From: a virus
Lineage: Duplodnaviria; Caudoviricetes
DNA: 64,000 nt
IMG/VR virus record: IMGVR_UViG_3300043821_000026
Location: 32,001 to 96,000 of that record
Direction: 5' to 3' (one strand)
Shown piece by piece: positions 41,972 through 50,019 of this stretch. Numbering within the stretch: the first letter of the stretch is position 1; every line of letters begins with the position of its first letter. A program made the position numbers and the translations under genes. The notes below the pieces were generated by a model that was not told the DNA's origin, ran no database searches, and saw only the letters and a list, made by a program, of their open reading frames with translations.

Positions 41972-42185
41972 CCTTAAAACCTTTGTTTTTCATTATTTTT
42001 ATTGAGTTTTCTAAATTATCTTTAGATGAATATATTGTTAGTTTATCACCATTTTCTAATATAACGACAAAACTTTCTTCTTGGCTTTTTAAGCTATCTT
42101 TTATATCGTTACATATTCTTTCAATTTTATCAATTTGTTCAATTTCGTAATCGAATCGTCCTTGTTTTAATTCCATTTTATACAC
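41961..42185 (-). CDS. Hypothetical protein
   Basis: 74-aa ORF overlapping neighbours. Confidence 0.5.
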   Translation of the reverse strand: MYKMELKQGRFDYEIEQIDKIERICNDIKDSLKSQEESFVVILENGDKLTIYSSKDNLENSIKIMKNKGFKVER

Positions 42186-42414
42186 CTTGTTTTAATTGTT
42201 CTTCATTTTTTCTAAACCATTTTTTTGCAAATCTCATATATGCACGAAATTCCTCATCAGACGTATCTTCATCATCTAAAAACTCATATAATAAAGATAA
42301 AACTGTAGCCGACGCAAATCTTTGTACTTGTGCCATGTCACGATACATATTATTACTTTTAAGTAAATTATAGGTATTCCATAATTTACTATCAAAATCA
42401 TCTCCTTTAATCAT
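42178..42414 (-). CDS. Hypothetical protein (probably leaderless mRNA)
   Basis: ATG lies ~25 nt below a BRE-TATA promoter. Confidence 0.55.
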   Translation of the reverse strand: MIKGDDFDSKLWNTYNLLKSNNMYRDMAQVQRFASATVLSLLYEFLDDEDTSDEEFRAYMRFAKKWFRKNEEQLKQGV

Positions 42415-42437
42415 ATTATATATTTAATAAGTATTAC

Positions 42438-42453
42438 CTTTATAAACTTTTCG
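42438..42453 (-). promoter_or_regulatory. Archaeal BRE-TATA promoter
   Basis: CGAAAAG-TTTATAAAG on minus strand. Confidence 0.7.
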
Positions 42454-43170
42454 CTATAACTTTGTATATTTTGTATTATTTTTTCTTAAAAAATGGTATA
42501 TAGATGATTTTGGTAAATTAAAATCTTTTTCTATACCAGATATAAAGTATCCATTATTCTTTAAATCAATCAATTTATTTATTCCACCAATATTTTCGAT
42601 ATATTCATTTGTAAATGTTATTTTTGGATGTTGATAGTAATTTGAGTAAAAAATAAAAGCTTCTTCTTCTGTGTCAAATCCTTTTACTATATCCATTTTT
42701 TTATATTGCTCTATTCTTACTTCATATTTACAATCTTCATTTAATATAATAGAGTCTTTAACATTATTAAATGTGTGTTTTTTTATATATATATTATCTG
42801 ATAAATAAACATTTTTTAATCTAAAATCTTTATAGTTATTATTTAAATAATGAACATATTTATCAGAACCATTTTTATATAATAAAGATAAATATGTTGG
42901 TTTACAATTAATATTAGTTATTAATCTTTTTCTATAAATATTCCATAAATTATTTTCAACAATATCTTTGACACCATTGCAATATTTGAATACAACATGA
43001 GCTTTATCTCGTGGTTTTGGTTTATCATAAGTATAAAACTTACATACATCACAATGTTTACATTCATTAAATTTATTAATATAATTATTATATTCCTTTA
43101 TAATATCTTTTGCATCTTTTCCATGATTAAATGTAACAAAATCTACAAAAGGTATCTTTGCATCTTCCAT
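42454..43170 (-). CDS. Degenerate HNH-AP2 endonuclease-like DNA-binding protein with C-terminal HTH
   Basis: VHYLNNNYKDFRLKNV (eroded HNH), YEVRI...GFDTEEEAF (AP2-like), ISGIEKDFNLPKSSIYHFL (HTH); AGAGGTG RBS. Confidence 0.55.
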   Translation of the reverse strand: MEDAKIPFVDFVTFNHGKDAKDIIKEYNNYINKFNECKHCDVCKFYTYDKPKPRDKAHVVFKYCNGVKDIVENNLWNIYRKRLITNINCKPTYLSLLYKNGSDKYVHYLNNNYKDFRLKNVYLSDNIYIKKHTFNNVKDSIILNEDCKYEVRIEQYKKMDIVKGFDTEEEAFIFYSNYYQHPKITFTNEYIENIGGINKLIDLKNNGYFISGIEKDFNLPKSSIYHFLRKNNTKYTKL

Positions 43171-43183
43171 TATAACACCTCTT

Positions 43184-43219
43184 AAAAAAAATAATCTAAG
43201 AGGTCGTTCCTCTTAGATT
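43184..43219 (-). terminator. Hairpin + U-tract terminator
   Basis: 11-bp stem AATCTAAGAGG/CCTCTTAGATT then ATTTTTTTT. Confidence 0.75.
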
Positions 43220-43443
43220 TAATTCAAATATGAACAATTGTCTAATCTATTTTGGATGAACACTATTTGAATTTAACAAGCAAGTATTAGGTTAATAACT
43301 CCTAATAATATATTCTAGAAATATATATACTTACAGGGAGCCTTTCGCTATCGATTTACATTGACTAGAAGACGATATTTAAACCTTTGTCTACACGGTA
43401 CTGACTCAATAGATTTTTATAGTGAAATCTGTCACTCGTCAAT
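43184..43443 (-). ncRNA. Candidate structured ncRNA (~255 nt), unknown family
   Basis: ORF-free, bounded by BRE-TATA (43463-43477) and terminator; several nested stems. Confidence 0.5.
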
Positions 43444-43462
43444 ATAATATTATACAACATAG

Positions 43463-43477
43463 TATATAAAATTTTCC
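43463..43477 (-). promoter_or_regulatory. Archaeal BRE-TATA promoter
   Basis: GGAAAAT-TTTATATA(CTA). Confidence 0.65.
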
Positions 43478-43479
43478 AT

Positions 43480-43519
43480 AAAAAAAGACCCCAACTTGAA
43501 TACATGAAGAAGTTGGGGT
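43480..43519 (-). terminator. Terminator of the tRNA operon
   Basis: ACCCCAACTT/AAGTTGGGGT 10-bp stem followed by CTTTTTTT. Confidence 0.75.
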
Positions 43520-43548
43520 AATCGCACACAAATTTAAATCAATGAAAA

Positions 43549-43622
43549 TCCCCCCTGCCGGACTCGAACCAGCAACATTTCGGTCTACAGCCGAATGCTC
43601 TACCAAATTGAGCTAAGAAGGG
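43549..43622 (-). tRNA. tRNA-Tyr(GTA)
   Basis: Cloverleaf; anticodon arm TTCGG-CTGTAGA-CCGAA; C1:G72 and short variable loop (archaeal type); no CCA. Confidence 0.95.
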
Positions 43623-43625
43623 TTA

Positions 43626-43713
43626 CGCCAGTAACAGGATTTGAACCTGCGATATCGCAATGGATAACAAGATTTCAAGTCTTGCGTCTTTGGCCGAACT
43701 AGACTATACTGGC
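43626..43713 (-). tRNA. tRNA-Ser(TGA)
   Basis: CAAGA-CTTGAAA-TCTTG arm, long variable arm, G73. Confidence 0.95.
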
Positions 43714-43740
43714 CTATATTTGTCAGTCTATAAATGACAA

Positions 43741-43824
43741 CGCTGATAGCAGGATTCGAACCTGCGAGGTTCTATTGAACCATCAGGGTAGCAACCTGAC
43801 GCCTTACCGCTAGACTATACCAGC
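43741..43824 (-). tRNA. tRNA-Ser(GCT)
   Basis: TCAGG-TTGCTAC-CCTGA arm, long variable arm, G73. Confidence 0.95.
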
Positions 43825-43827
43825 AAA

Positions 43828-43899
43828 TAGCTCCATCAGGAGTCGAACCTGAATCTACAGGGCCAAAGCCTATAATGATTGCCATTACACCATAGAGCT
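43828..43899 (-). tRNA. tRNA-Gln(TTG)
   Basis: ATAGG-CTTTGGC-CCTGT arm; A1:U72 (archaeal Gln determinant). Confidence 0.93.
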
Positions 43900-43904
43900 A
43901 TAAT

Positions 43905-44092
43905 TAAGGGTTTTTAATAGGTGGACCCTCATAACCACCTTCTCTTTTAGGTGTGAATTTTTACGAACACCATCAAGATTTTACTCTTGAAATATGCAGA
44001 TTTATCATTGACCACTAGTAAGTCTAAAATCTGTGGGGTATTCTCACCAGCTTAAACTATCTTTCAATTGGATTTGAACCAATATCTCCCCT
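43905..44092 (-). ncRNA. Candidate ncRNA: circularly permuted tRNA-like domain + three hairpins + H-type pseudoknot
   Basis: T-arm precedes D-arm, closed by GGGG/CCCC; 3' pseudoknot AGGTGG/CCACCT and AGGGT/ACCCT; lies between two tRNAs. Confidence 0.65.
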
Positions 44093-44094
44093 AA

Positions 44095-44168
44095 AGGCAT
44101 TAGAGGGAATTGAACCCCCAACCTTAGCTTTACAGGAGCCACGCTCTGCCTAGTTGAGCTATAATGCC
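44095..44168 (-). tRNA. tRNA-Thr(TGT), atypical (C33)
   Basis: GGCATTA/TAATGCC acceptor, TGGCT-CCTGTAA-AGCTA arm, GGTTCAATTCC T-arm. Confidence 0.8.
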
Positions 44169-44256
44169 ATCAGGATATATTAAATATCCTGACTCATATT
44201 AAAATTGTAGTCACCCCTATCATGAGGAGGTGTATATTTTATTATAATTTATGTAG

Positions 44257-44272
44257 TATATAAACTTTTCGG
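44257..44272 (-). promoter_or_regulatory. Archaeal BRE-TATA promoter of tRNA operon
   Basis: CCGAAAAG-TTTATATA(CTAC). Confidence 0.75.
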
Positions 44273-44273
44273 T

Positions 44274-47213
44274 TTAATCATTATGATTGACTCTATCTTT
44301 AAGCTCTTGTTTTTTACCTGCATTCCATTTTTGTGTTACAGTAAAATATCCTGTAATTCTACTCATACTATAAACATTTTCAGAGCCACAATAAATACAA
44401 GAGTCATTATCACCATTTGCTTGTTTACCACATTCTTTGCATACTGTGAAAGCAGAAGTATATGCCCAAAATTGTATATTTTGTTTTTTAATTTTCTTAG
44501 TTAAACTCATAAGAGATTGTGGGTCCATATAAGCCTCACCTAAGAAACAATTAAGGATACAACCTGCTGGTTCATATTTATGATAAGTATTAGCGTTTTT
44601 AATATGTTCAATAATACTTCCTTGAGAATCTACAGGTAAGTGATTACTATTTGTATAATAATATCCACCTTCAACTCCTTTACATAATATATCAGGATAT
44701 ATTTTTTTATCAATTTCTGCAAAACGATGAGAACATGATTCAGCAGGAGAACCTAAACAAGCAAATCTTAATCCATATTTAGCTTTTTGTTTTTTAGAAT
44801 ATTCATTCATAAATTCTAAAATTTCTTCTCCATATTTATTACCTTCAGGAGTATCTAAATCATATCCTGTAAGCATTTTAACAGCTTCATATAATCCACA
44901 AGTACCAAATGTAAATGAAAAGTTACTAATATCATATAATGGTTTACCAGTATATTTATCTTCTTGTAATAAAAACCCTAAATATCCTTCTGTATTAGCT
45001 CTATCTTCAAAGTTTTGTTTTCTATCCAACATAGACATTGTCCCAATATTCATAAAATGTTCAAGATATTGTTTAAATTCATCCATATTATTACTGATAT
45101 AAGCCATTCTTGGAAGATTAAAAGTTATGTAAGCAAAGTTTCCTACATTAAGAGTATCTATTTCCCAATTACCAGTCCAATTAGTTCCGTTAGCAGTTCT
45201 ACAATTTTCACTATGTATACCACCTAATCCACAAACATAATTATGATTATTTTCTATTGTTAAATCATATACATTATCATCATTATTTACAACTTCAATA
45301 TCTTTAATAATAGTATTATTTTTTGGAGAATAATTAATACCGAATGTAACTCTATAATTTGGTTTCCAATTATTTGTTTTACCTTTTCTATTATCAATAT
45401 AAAGAGTGTTTTGTCTTCCTATATATGATAAAGCATATAATACATCGGTTACTAAATTTTTATCAGAACAAGACCAAACATAGTTATTAGATTGTTTATG
45501 AGCATCTAACATTAAACCTTTAATAATATTAGCTATTTTATTTTTATCAGACCAACATTGAGGAAATGTTTTCTCCCCGTTTTTAGTATATAGTTGTACT
45601 AATTTATCTCTTATATTTAATTCTCTAATATTAATAGAGTAAGTACCATTATTTTGTTTAGTAATATCATATTTATAACCTAATTTATCGCATAAATTAG
45701 TAATATATTCTTTTTTCCAATTTAATTTTATATGAAATTCTATAGCATTACTATTTCGCAAAGCTCGTTCATTACTTCGTATATAACCATCAGCTAAAAA
45801 AGCACCTATAAATTCATATTCTAAATCATCAACTGGGATAAATGGTTCGTCAATATAGTTATATAATTCCATACCTACTTTTAAATTTTCAGATTTAATA
45901 ATACCATCTTTAGTTGGTAATTTATGATTATCGGTTACTTTAAAAATATATCCATTATTACAAGTAATCTTAAATACCTTTTCAGAAACTGGTTTTTTAA
46001 TAATATTAATAACTTTATTCCATTCCTTTGTACCATCTTTATTATATGTCATTACATTATCATTTAATTGTAACTCTTGAGGATATTTAAAACCTTTATC
46101 TGTCATAACAGGGGTATCAGAAGTTAATGCCCCCATTACAGTTGTTGCTGTACCGTTTTGAGGAAGGTCTTGATTTATAAAATATGGAGTAGGGAATTTA
46201 GCTATTAATTCATGAATATTTAATAATAATTCATCATATTCTTCACCCATAAATTCATCACGAAGATTAAATAAAGTATTTGGGAAAATATGACATTTAC
46301 CCTTAGCGTCACCTTCATATAAGACTTCTATAAAAGCGTCTATAATCATACGAGCTTCTTTTTTATAGTCATTATATACACCAACTTCACGACCACCGGG
46401 ACCATATGCTGTTAAATCTCGCATAAATGGTGGAACATCTAATTCTAACCCAACAGATGAAAATACTACTTGACCTTTTGATATTAAAGACATATTACAA
46501 TTAAAAATAAAATTTTGAATACATTGTTTTACTTCTTCATATGTTAATCCTTCTGCAAATGGCGCTAAGAATATATTAAAGTATGGATACCCTTGACCTC
46601 CACTAAGAACCGTAGAGCCAGCCATAAAAGCTTGTAAGAGATGATTGAGAAGTACATTTAAGCTTTTAGCTGGTGAAGCACAAGAACAGTTTATACCTTG
46701 ACCATCAATTTTTAAACCATTTTTAATGAAAAATCTGATATCATAGCTAATACAGTTTGCAGGACGAATATTATATGCTTCCATATCATGTATATGAATA
46801 TATCCATCTGTATATGCTTTGCTACATTCTTCGGGCATAGTTAATAGTGCATATTCTTTTAATACAGCATCTGATGCGTATTTAACCACTTGTTCAGGAC
46901 CAAAATTAATATTAGCATTATCTTTATTACCACTATCGATTAAATTTTCTAAAGCAGATACGGATAATCCCAATTTTCTACTTTGTTTTTCTGTATCAAA
47001 TAACCCATCTTTAGTTAAATGATAATTAATCATATCTCTTATTTGTGCTGTGGAGATTTGATTAATTCCATCAATATTATTAACTTTTCTAGCTATTCTA
47101 TTCTTAATATTTTCTGCTTTTTCTTCATCTAAATCAGTTTCATATAATATATGTTCTTTTATTATTTTTGGTTGAAATTTAGATATATCACCTGTACTAT
47201 TTACGACATCCAT
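44274..47213 (-). CDS. nrdD: Anaerobic (class III) ribonucleoside-triphosphate reductase with intein
   Basis: N-terminal ATP cone (MDVVNSTG; start at 47213 preferred to 47288), IHIHD, FPNT, MG-[intein]-CRT, PAES, YYTNS, CxxC zinc site, glycyl-radical SRITGY. Confidence 0.95.
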   Translation of the reverse strand: MDVVNSTGDISKFQPKIIKEHILYETDLDEEKAENIKNRIARKVNNIDGINQISTAQIRDMINYHLTKDGLFDTEKQSRKLGLSVSALENLIDSGNKDNANINFGPEQVVKYASDAVLKEYALLTMPEECSKAYTDGYIHIHDMEAYNIRPANCISYDIRFFIKNGLKIDGQGINCSCASPAKSLNVLLNHLLQAFMAGSTVLSGGQGYPYFNIFLAPFAEGLTYEEVKQCIQNFIFNCNMSLISKGQVVFSSVGLELDVPPFMRDLTAYGPGGREVGVYNDYKKEARMIIDAFIEVLYEGDAKGKCHIFPNTLFNLRDEFMGEEYDELLLNIHELIAKFPTPYFINQDLPQNGTATTVMGALTSDTPVMTDKGFKYPQELQLNDNVMTYNKDGTKEWNKVINIIKKPVSEKVFKITCNNGYIFKVTDNHKLPTKDGIIKSENLKVGMELYNYIDEPFIPVDDLEYEFIGAFLADGYIRSNERALRNSNAIEFHIKLNWKKEYITNLCDKLGYKYDITKQNNGTYSINIRELNIRDKLVQLYTKNGEKTFPQCWSDKNKIANIIKGLMLDAHKQSNNYVWSCSDKNLVTDVLYALSYIGRQNTLYIDNRKGKTNNWKPNYRVTFGINYSPKNNTIIKDIEVVNNDDNVYDLTIENNHNYVCGLGGIHSENCRTANGTNWTGNWEIDTLNVGNFAYITFNLPRMAYISNNMDEFKQYLEHFMNIGTMSMLDRKQNFEDRANTEGYLGFLLQEDKYTGKPLYDISNFSFTFGTCGLYEAVKMLTGYDLDTPEGNKYGEEILEFMNEYSKKQKAKYGLRFACLGSPAESCSHRFAEIDKKIYPDILCKGVEGGYYYTNSNHLPVDSQGSIIEHIKNANTYHKYEPAGCILNCFLGEAYMDPQSLMSLTKKIKKQNIQFWAYTSAFTVCKECGKQANGDNDSCIYCGSENVYSMSRITGYFTVTQKWNAGKKQELKDRVNHND
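45204..46130 (-). mobile_element. Intein (309 aa) with LAGLIDADG homing endonuclease; begins with Ala
   Basis: ALTSDTPV...VTDNHKL (block B)...FIGAFLADG...VYDLTIENNHNY...HSEN/C; removal restores MGCRT. Confidence 0.9.
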
Positions 47214-47323
47214 ATAATCATCTCTTAATTTGTTTAATTTTAAAAAAAATTTTAATAAAATAAGTTTAATTTTATATTTTATTTTCAATTATAATGTATA
47301 TTTTTTAAAGTATATAAAGATTT

Positions 47324-47515
47324 TTATTTTTTTCTTTGTTTTTGCAAATCTTTATCAACTTGACTTGCAGTTCTCTTTCTGCAACTATCAAAGTATCTAC
47401 AATCCCAGTCACACTTCATTAATGAAATATCTTTATCTCTTTTTTTACAATAACATTTATTCTTTATTAGCTTCTTGATTGTTGTCTTTTTCATCTTGCT
47501 CTTTCTCCAATTCAC
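47324..47515 (-). CDS. Small Cys-rich hypothetical protein
   Basis: CYC...CDWDC....C; start uncertain. Confidence 0.35.
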   Translation of the reverse strand: MNWRKSKMKKTTIKKLIKNKCYCKKRDKDISLMKCDWDCRYFDSCRKRTASQVDKDLQKQRKK

Positions 47516-47590
47516 AATCTTCCATATTAATAATTTTTCTTAATTTATTACAGTAAACTTTTCCTTGTTTCGCTAACTCTATTAAATCCA

Positions 47591-48217
47591 TTATATAGCC
47601 TCATTTAATCTTATTTTTATAAGATAATTATTAATATCTTCATAATAATTATCAGATATATTGTTAACTTTATCATTTGATAATTGAAATTTTATATCAA
47701 GCAACTTTTTATTTAAAGCAAAATATTCATCTATCGAATTTACACTTTTTGGTTTAAATTCTTTATCATATAAAAAACAATAATCTTCCATTATTTTATT
47801 ATATTCATCTATATCGTAATTTTTAGAATCAATGATAGAATCAATTCTATTAATTAATTCATCATTAAAATAAAACATTGGTACTGTATCATTTAAAATA
47901 GAAAGAATATCTAATCGTTTTTGATTATATTTTGTTTTAACATCTGTATCATGTGATAGTAGTTTGTAAAATGATATATCTCCTTTATTATATATATTTC
48001 TTAATACAATGCCTATTTCAAAAAAATTAAATATAACATTACTATTTATTTGACTATTTAAAGTAGGTGATGGTTCATGTGTAACATCTAAAAAATTTTT
48101 TGTATTATCTATATATACACCAGTAATATAATCATCAATCTGATAAATATTAAAAAAATAACGTTTCTGTTCAGAAAAATGATTAACAATAGAATCTAAA
48201 ATAGCAGGAGAAATCAT
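47591..48217 (-). CDS. Hypothetical protein, possibly a degenerate nucleotidyltransferase-fold protein
   Basis: ITGVYID...FFEIG...KGD.SFYKLL resembles phage nucleotidyltransferases but lacks GS/DxD. Confidence 0.35.
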   Translation of the reverse strand: MISPAILDSIVNHFSEQKRYFFNIYQIDDYITGVYIDNTKNFLDVTHEPSPTLNSQINSNVIFNFFEIGIVLRNIYNKGDISFYKLLSHDTDVKTKYNQKRLDILSILNDTVPMFYFNDELINRIDSIIDSKNYDIDEYNKIMEDYCFLYDKEFKPKSVNSIDEYFALNKKLLDIKFQLSNDKVNNISDNYYEDINNYLIKIRLNEAI

Positions 48218-48723
48218 TAAATCTCTCCTTTATGTTTATCATCTTGATAATCACCATCATATTTTATATCACAATTATTTAAATCAAAGCTCATCATTTG
48301 AGCAAATCTTTCATTCATTTCGATACAAAAATTATTTTGACTATGATTTATCATCATAAAAGTTAATGTACCATTGTATCCAGCATCACCAACGCAAGTA
48401 CGAACATCTACCCCACATCTTAATAATGTACTACGAGGGAAATATAATTGTACTTGGTCTTTTGGAATATTCATTGGTTCTGATACTTCTGCAATATATA
48501 CTATGTCAGGATATAAAGTATATATTCCATTTTTAGTATTAACGGGTTTATATATTGGTAAGTTTTTATGTCCATTATAAATACCTGTAGGACATCCATC
48601 ATTATCTTCAATAATATATAATTGTCCTAATCTTAAATCTACACCATTTGGTTGTAAAGTTTCACTATCTGTTTCGTAATTATCTTTTAAATATAAATTT
48701 CCATTAATCATATTGTTCACCAT
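48217..48723 (-). CDS. dut: Archaeal-type trimeric dUTPase / dCTP deaminase family
   Basis: QPNGVDLRL, PRSTLLR.G, DAGYNG, ERFAQ, YDGDYQ. Confidence 0.85.
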   Translation of the reverse strand: MVNNMINGNLYLKDNYETDSETLQPNGVDLRLGQLYIIEDNDGCPTGIYNGHKNLPIYKPVNTKNGIYTLYPDIVYIAEVSEPMNIPKDQVQLYFPRSTLLRCGVDVRTCVGDAGYNGTLTFMMINHSQNNFCIEMNERFAQMMSFDLNNCDIKYDGDYQDDKHKGEI

Positions 48724-49378
48724 TTTCTATTTTATAAAATTCTGTATATAAAAATCTTGCAAATTTAACTGCTATCTTTCTTTGTGTCATATATTTAATA
48801 TGTTTCATTGTATAATTCGAATGTTTAAATAAATATTTATCAAAATATTCGTTATACATTTGTTTATATTCAGGGTTGTATTTAATTAACTTTTTAACAA
48901 CTTTTAATATAACTTTATTTAATCTATCATTATATTGAATTTTTGAAGTATCCTGTTTAGGATTACCAATTATTTCACCATATTGTTTATTTTTTTTAGT
49001 AATTTTTTGATATGAATTTCCCATTTTATTGACTGGAGATAATCCACAATAATATATGAATGAATTTTTATTCTTAAATCTATTAATATCTTTAATTAAA
49101 ACAATTAACTCACCTGCATCATAAATAGATATTCCGTCTATATGTTCTAAGCAATCATAGTATTCTGGAATAAATGATATTGTTTGTTTAATTTTTTTAT
49201 ATAATAAATCTAATGGAGCGTCTAACGAATTAATACTAATATTAATTAAAGAATTTCTTGCATCATTTGTTAAACCTATAAAATTATTAATTCTAGATTT
49301 ATTTGATTTTTTAGCTTCAAATAATGTTTTATTAGTATTGATTAAGATATTTAATACTTGTAATTGTGCATCATCCAT
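48704..49378 (-). CDS. IS110-C-terminal/Nop-like domain protein lacking RuvC (TasA-like)
   Basis: Coiled coil then IDGISIYDAGELI..IKDINRF.....F..YCGLSP and Y..Y....HI..M..RKIA.KF; no N-terminal DEDD domain; no IS ends. Confidence 0.7.
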   Translation of the reverse strand: MDDAQLQVLNILINTNKTLFEAKKSNKSRINNFIGLTNDARNSLINISINSLDAPLDLLYKKIKQTISFIPEYYDCLEHIDGISIYDAGELIVLIKDINRFKNKNSFIYYCGLSPVNKMGNSYQKITKKNKQYGEIIGNPKQDTSKIQYNDRLNKVILKVVKKLIKYNPEYKQMYNEYFDKYLFKHSNYTMKHIKYMTQRKIAVKFARFLYTEFYKIENGEQYD

Positions 49379-50019
49379 TATCTCACCTTATTAATTCCAT
49401 TAACAGTTTTTTGTCCTATACCTTTTATATTAAGTAGTTCTTCATCTGTTGCTTGTAATACACCTAATGGTGTTTTAAATTCTTTTAGTAATAATTTAGC
49501 TGTTTTTTTACCAACATAATCAATACCTAAAAGAACTTGAATTTTCGAACTAGCGTCTTTCTTTTGAACAATAGGAGGTTCAATTGGTTCAGTATTTTTA
49601 TTAACAGTATTAATTATACTTTCAATTAACAATGGCATTGATTTTTTTGTTTCACATTGTAATACTGGAACTTTATATCTAACAGATAAAGAAGCTATAT
49701 TACTATAGTATTGTTTTCTAGTAAAATTTTGATATTTATAATTAATATCGTCTAATTTGCCATAAATAATAATATAACAAAAATCATATTTTTCTTTCAT
49801 CCTTAATGCTTGGTCTTGAATGTGTCTACTATTAAAGCTAGACACGAAATCACTTACACTTTTAAGTTCAATCATAATATTAGATAAATCTTGTCTTTTA
49901 ATTAAAACATCACCATCTTCATTATGAGATACGGAGCAAATGCCTGAAAAGTATTCATCAATTATTTTTATTGTACTTGAATCTTCTCTATCATCTATTA
50001 AAATTTTTAAATCATTCAT
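49378..50019 (-). CDS. ERCC4/XPF-family structure-specific nuclease with HhH2
   Basis: IDDRE, GDVLI, IELKSVSDFVSS, IDYVGKKTA and IKGIGQKT HhH motifs. Confidence 0.9.
   Translation of the reverse strand: MNDLKILIDDREDSSTIKIIDEYFSGICSVSHNEDGDVLIKRQDLSNIMIELKSVSDFVSSFNSRHIQDQALRMKEKYDFCYIIIYGKLDDINYKYQNFTRKQYYSNIASLSVRYKVPVLQCETKKSMPLLIESIINTVNKNTEPIEPPIVQKKDASSKIQVLLGIDYVGKKTAKLLLKEFKTPLGVLQATDEELLNIKGIGQKTVNGINKVR

Noticed and set aside
43626-43713. Opal suppressor tRNA / recoded genetic code
   Set aside because: Anticodon TGA reads UCA (Ser); genes end normally at TAA, TAG and TGA, and the broken ORFs need frameshifts, not readthrough.
43905-44092. tmRNA or a functional permuted tRNA gene
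   Set aside because: No acceptor stem, CCA, G3:U70 pair or anticodon loop, and a D-stem is present.
48704-49378. Active IS110 element
   Set aside because: No RuvC domain and no non-coding ends; gene overlaps both neighbours.
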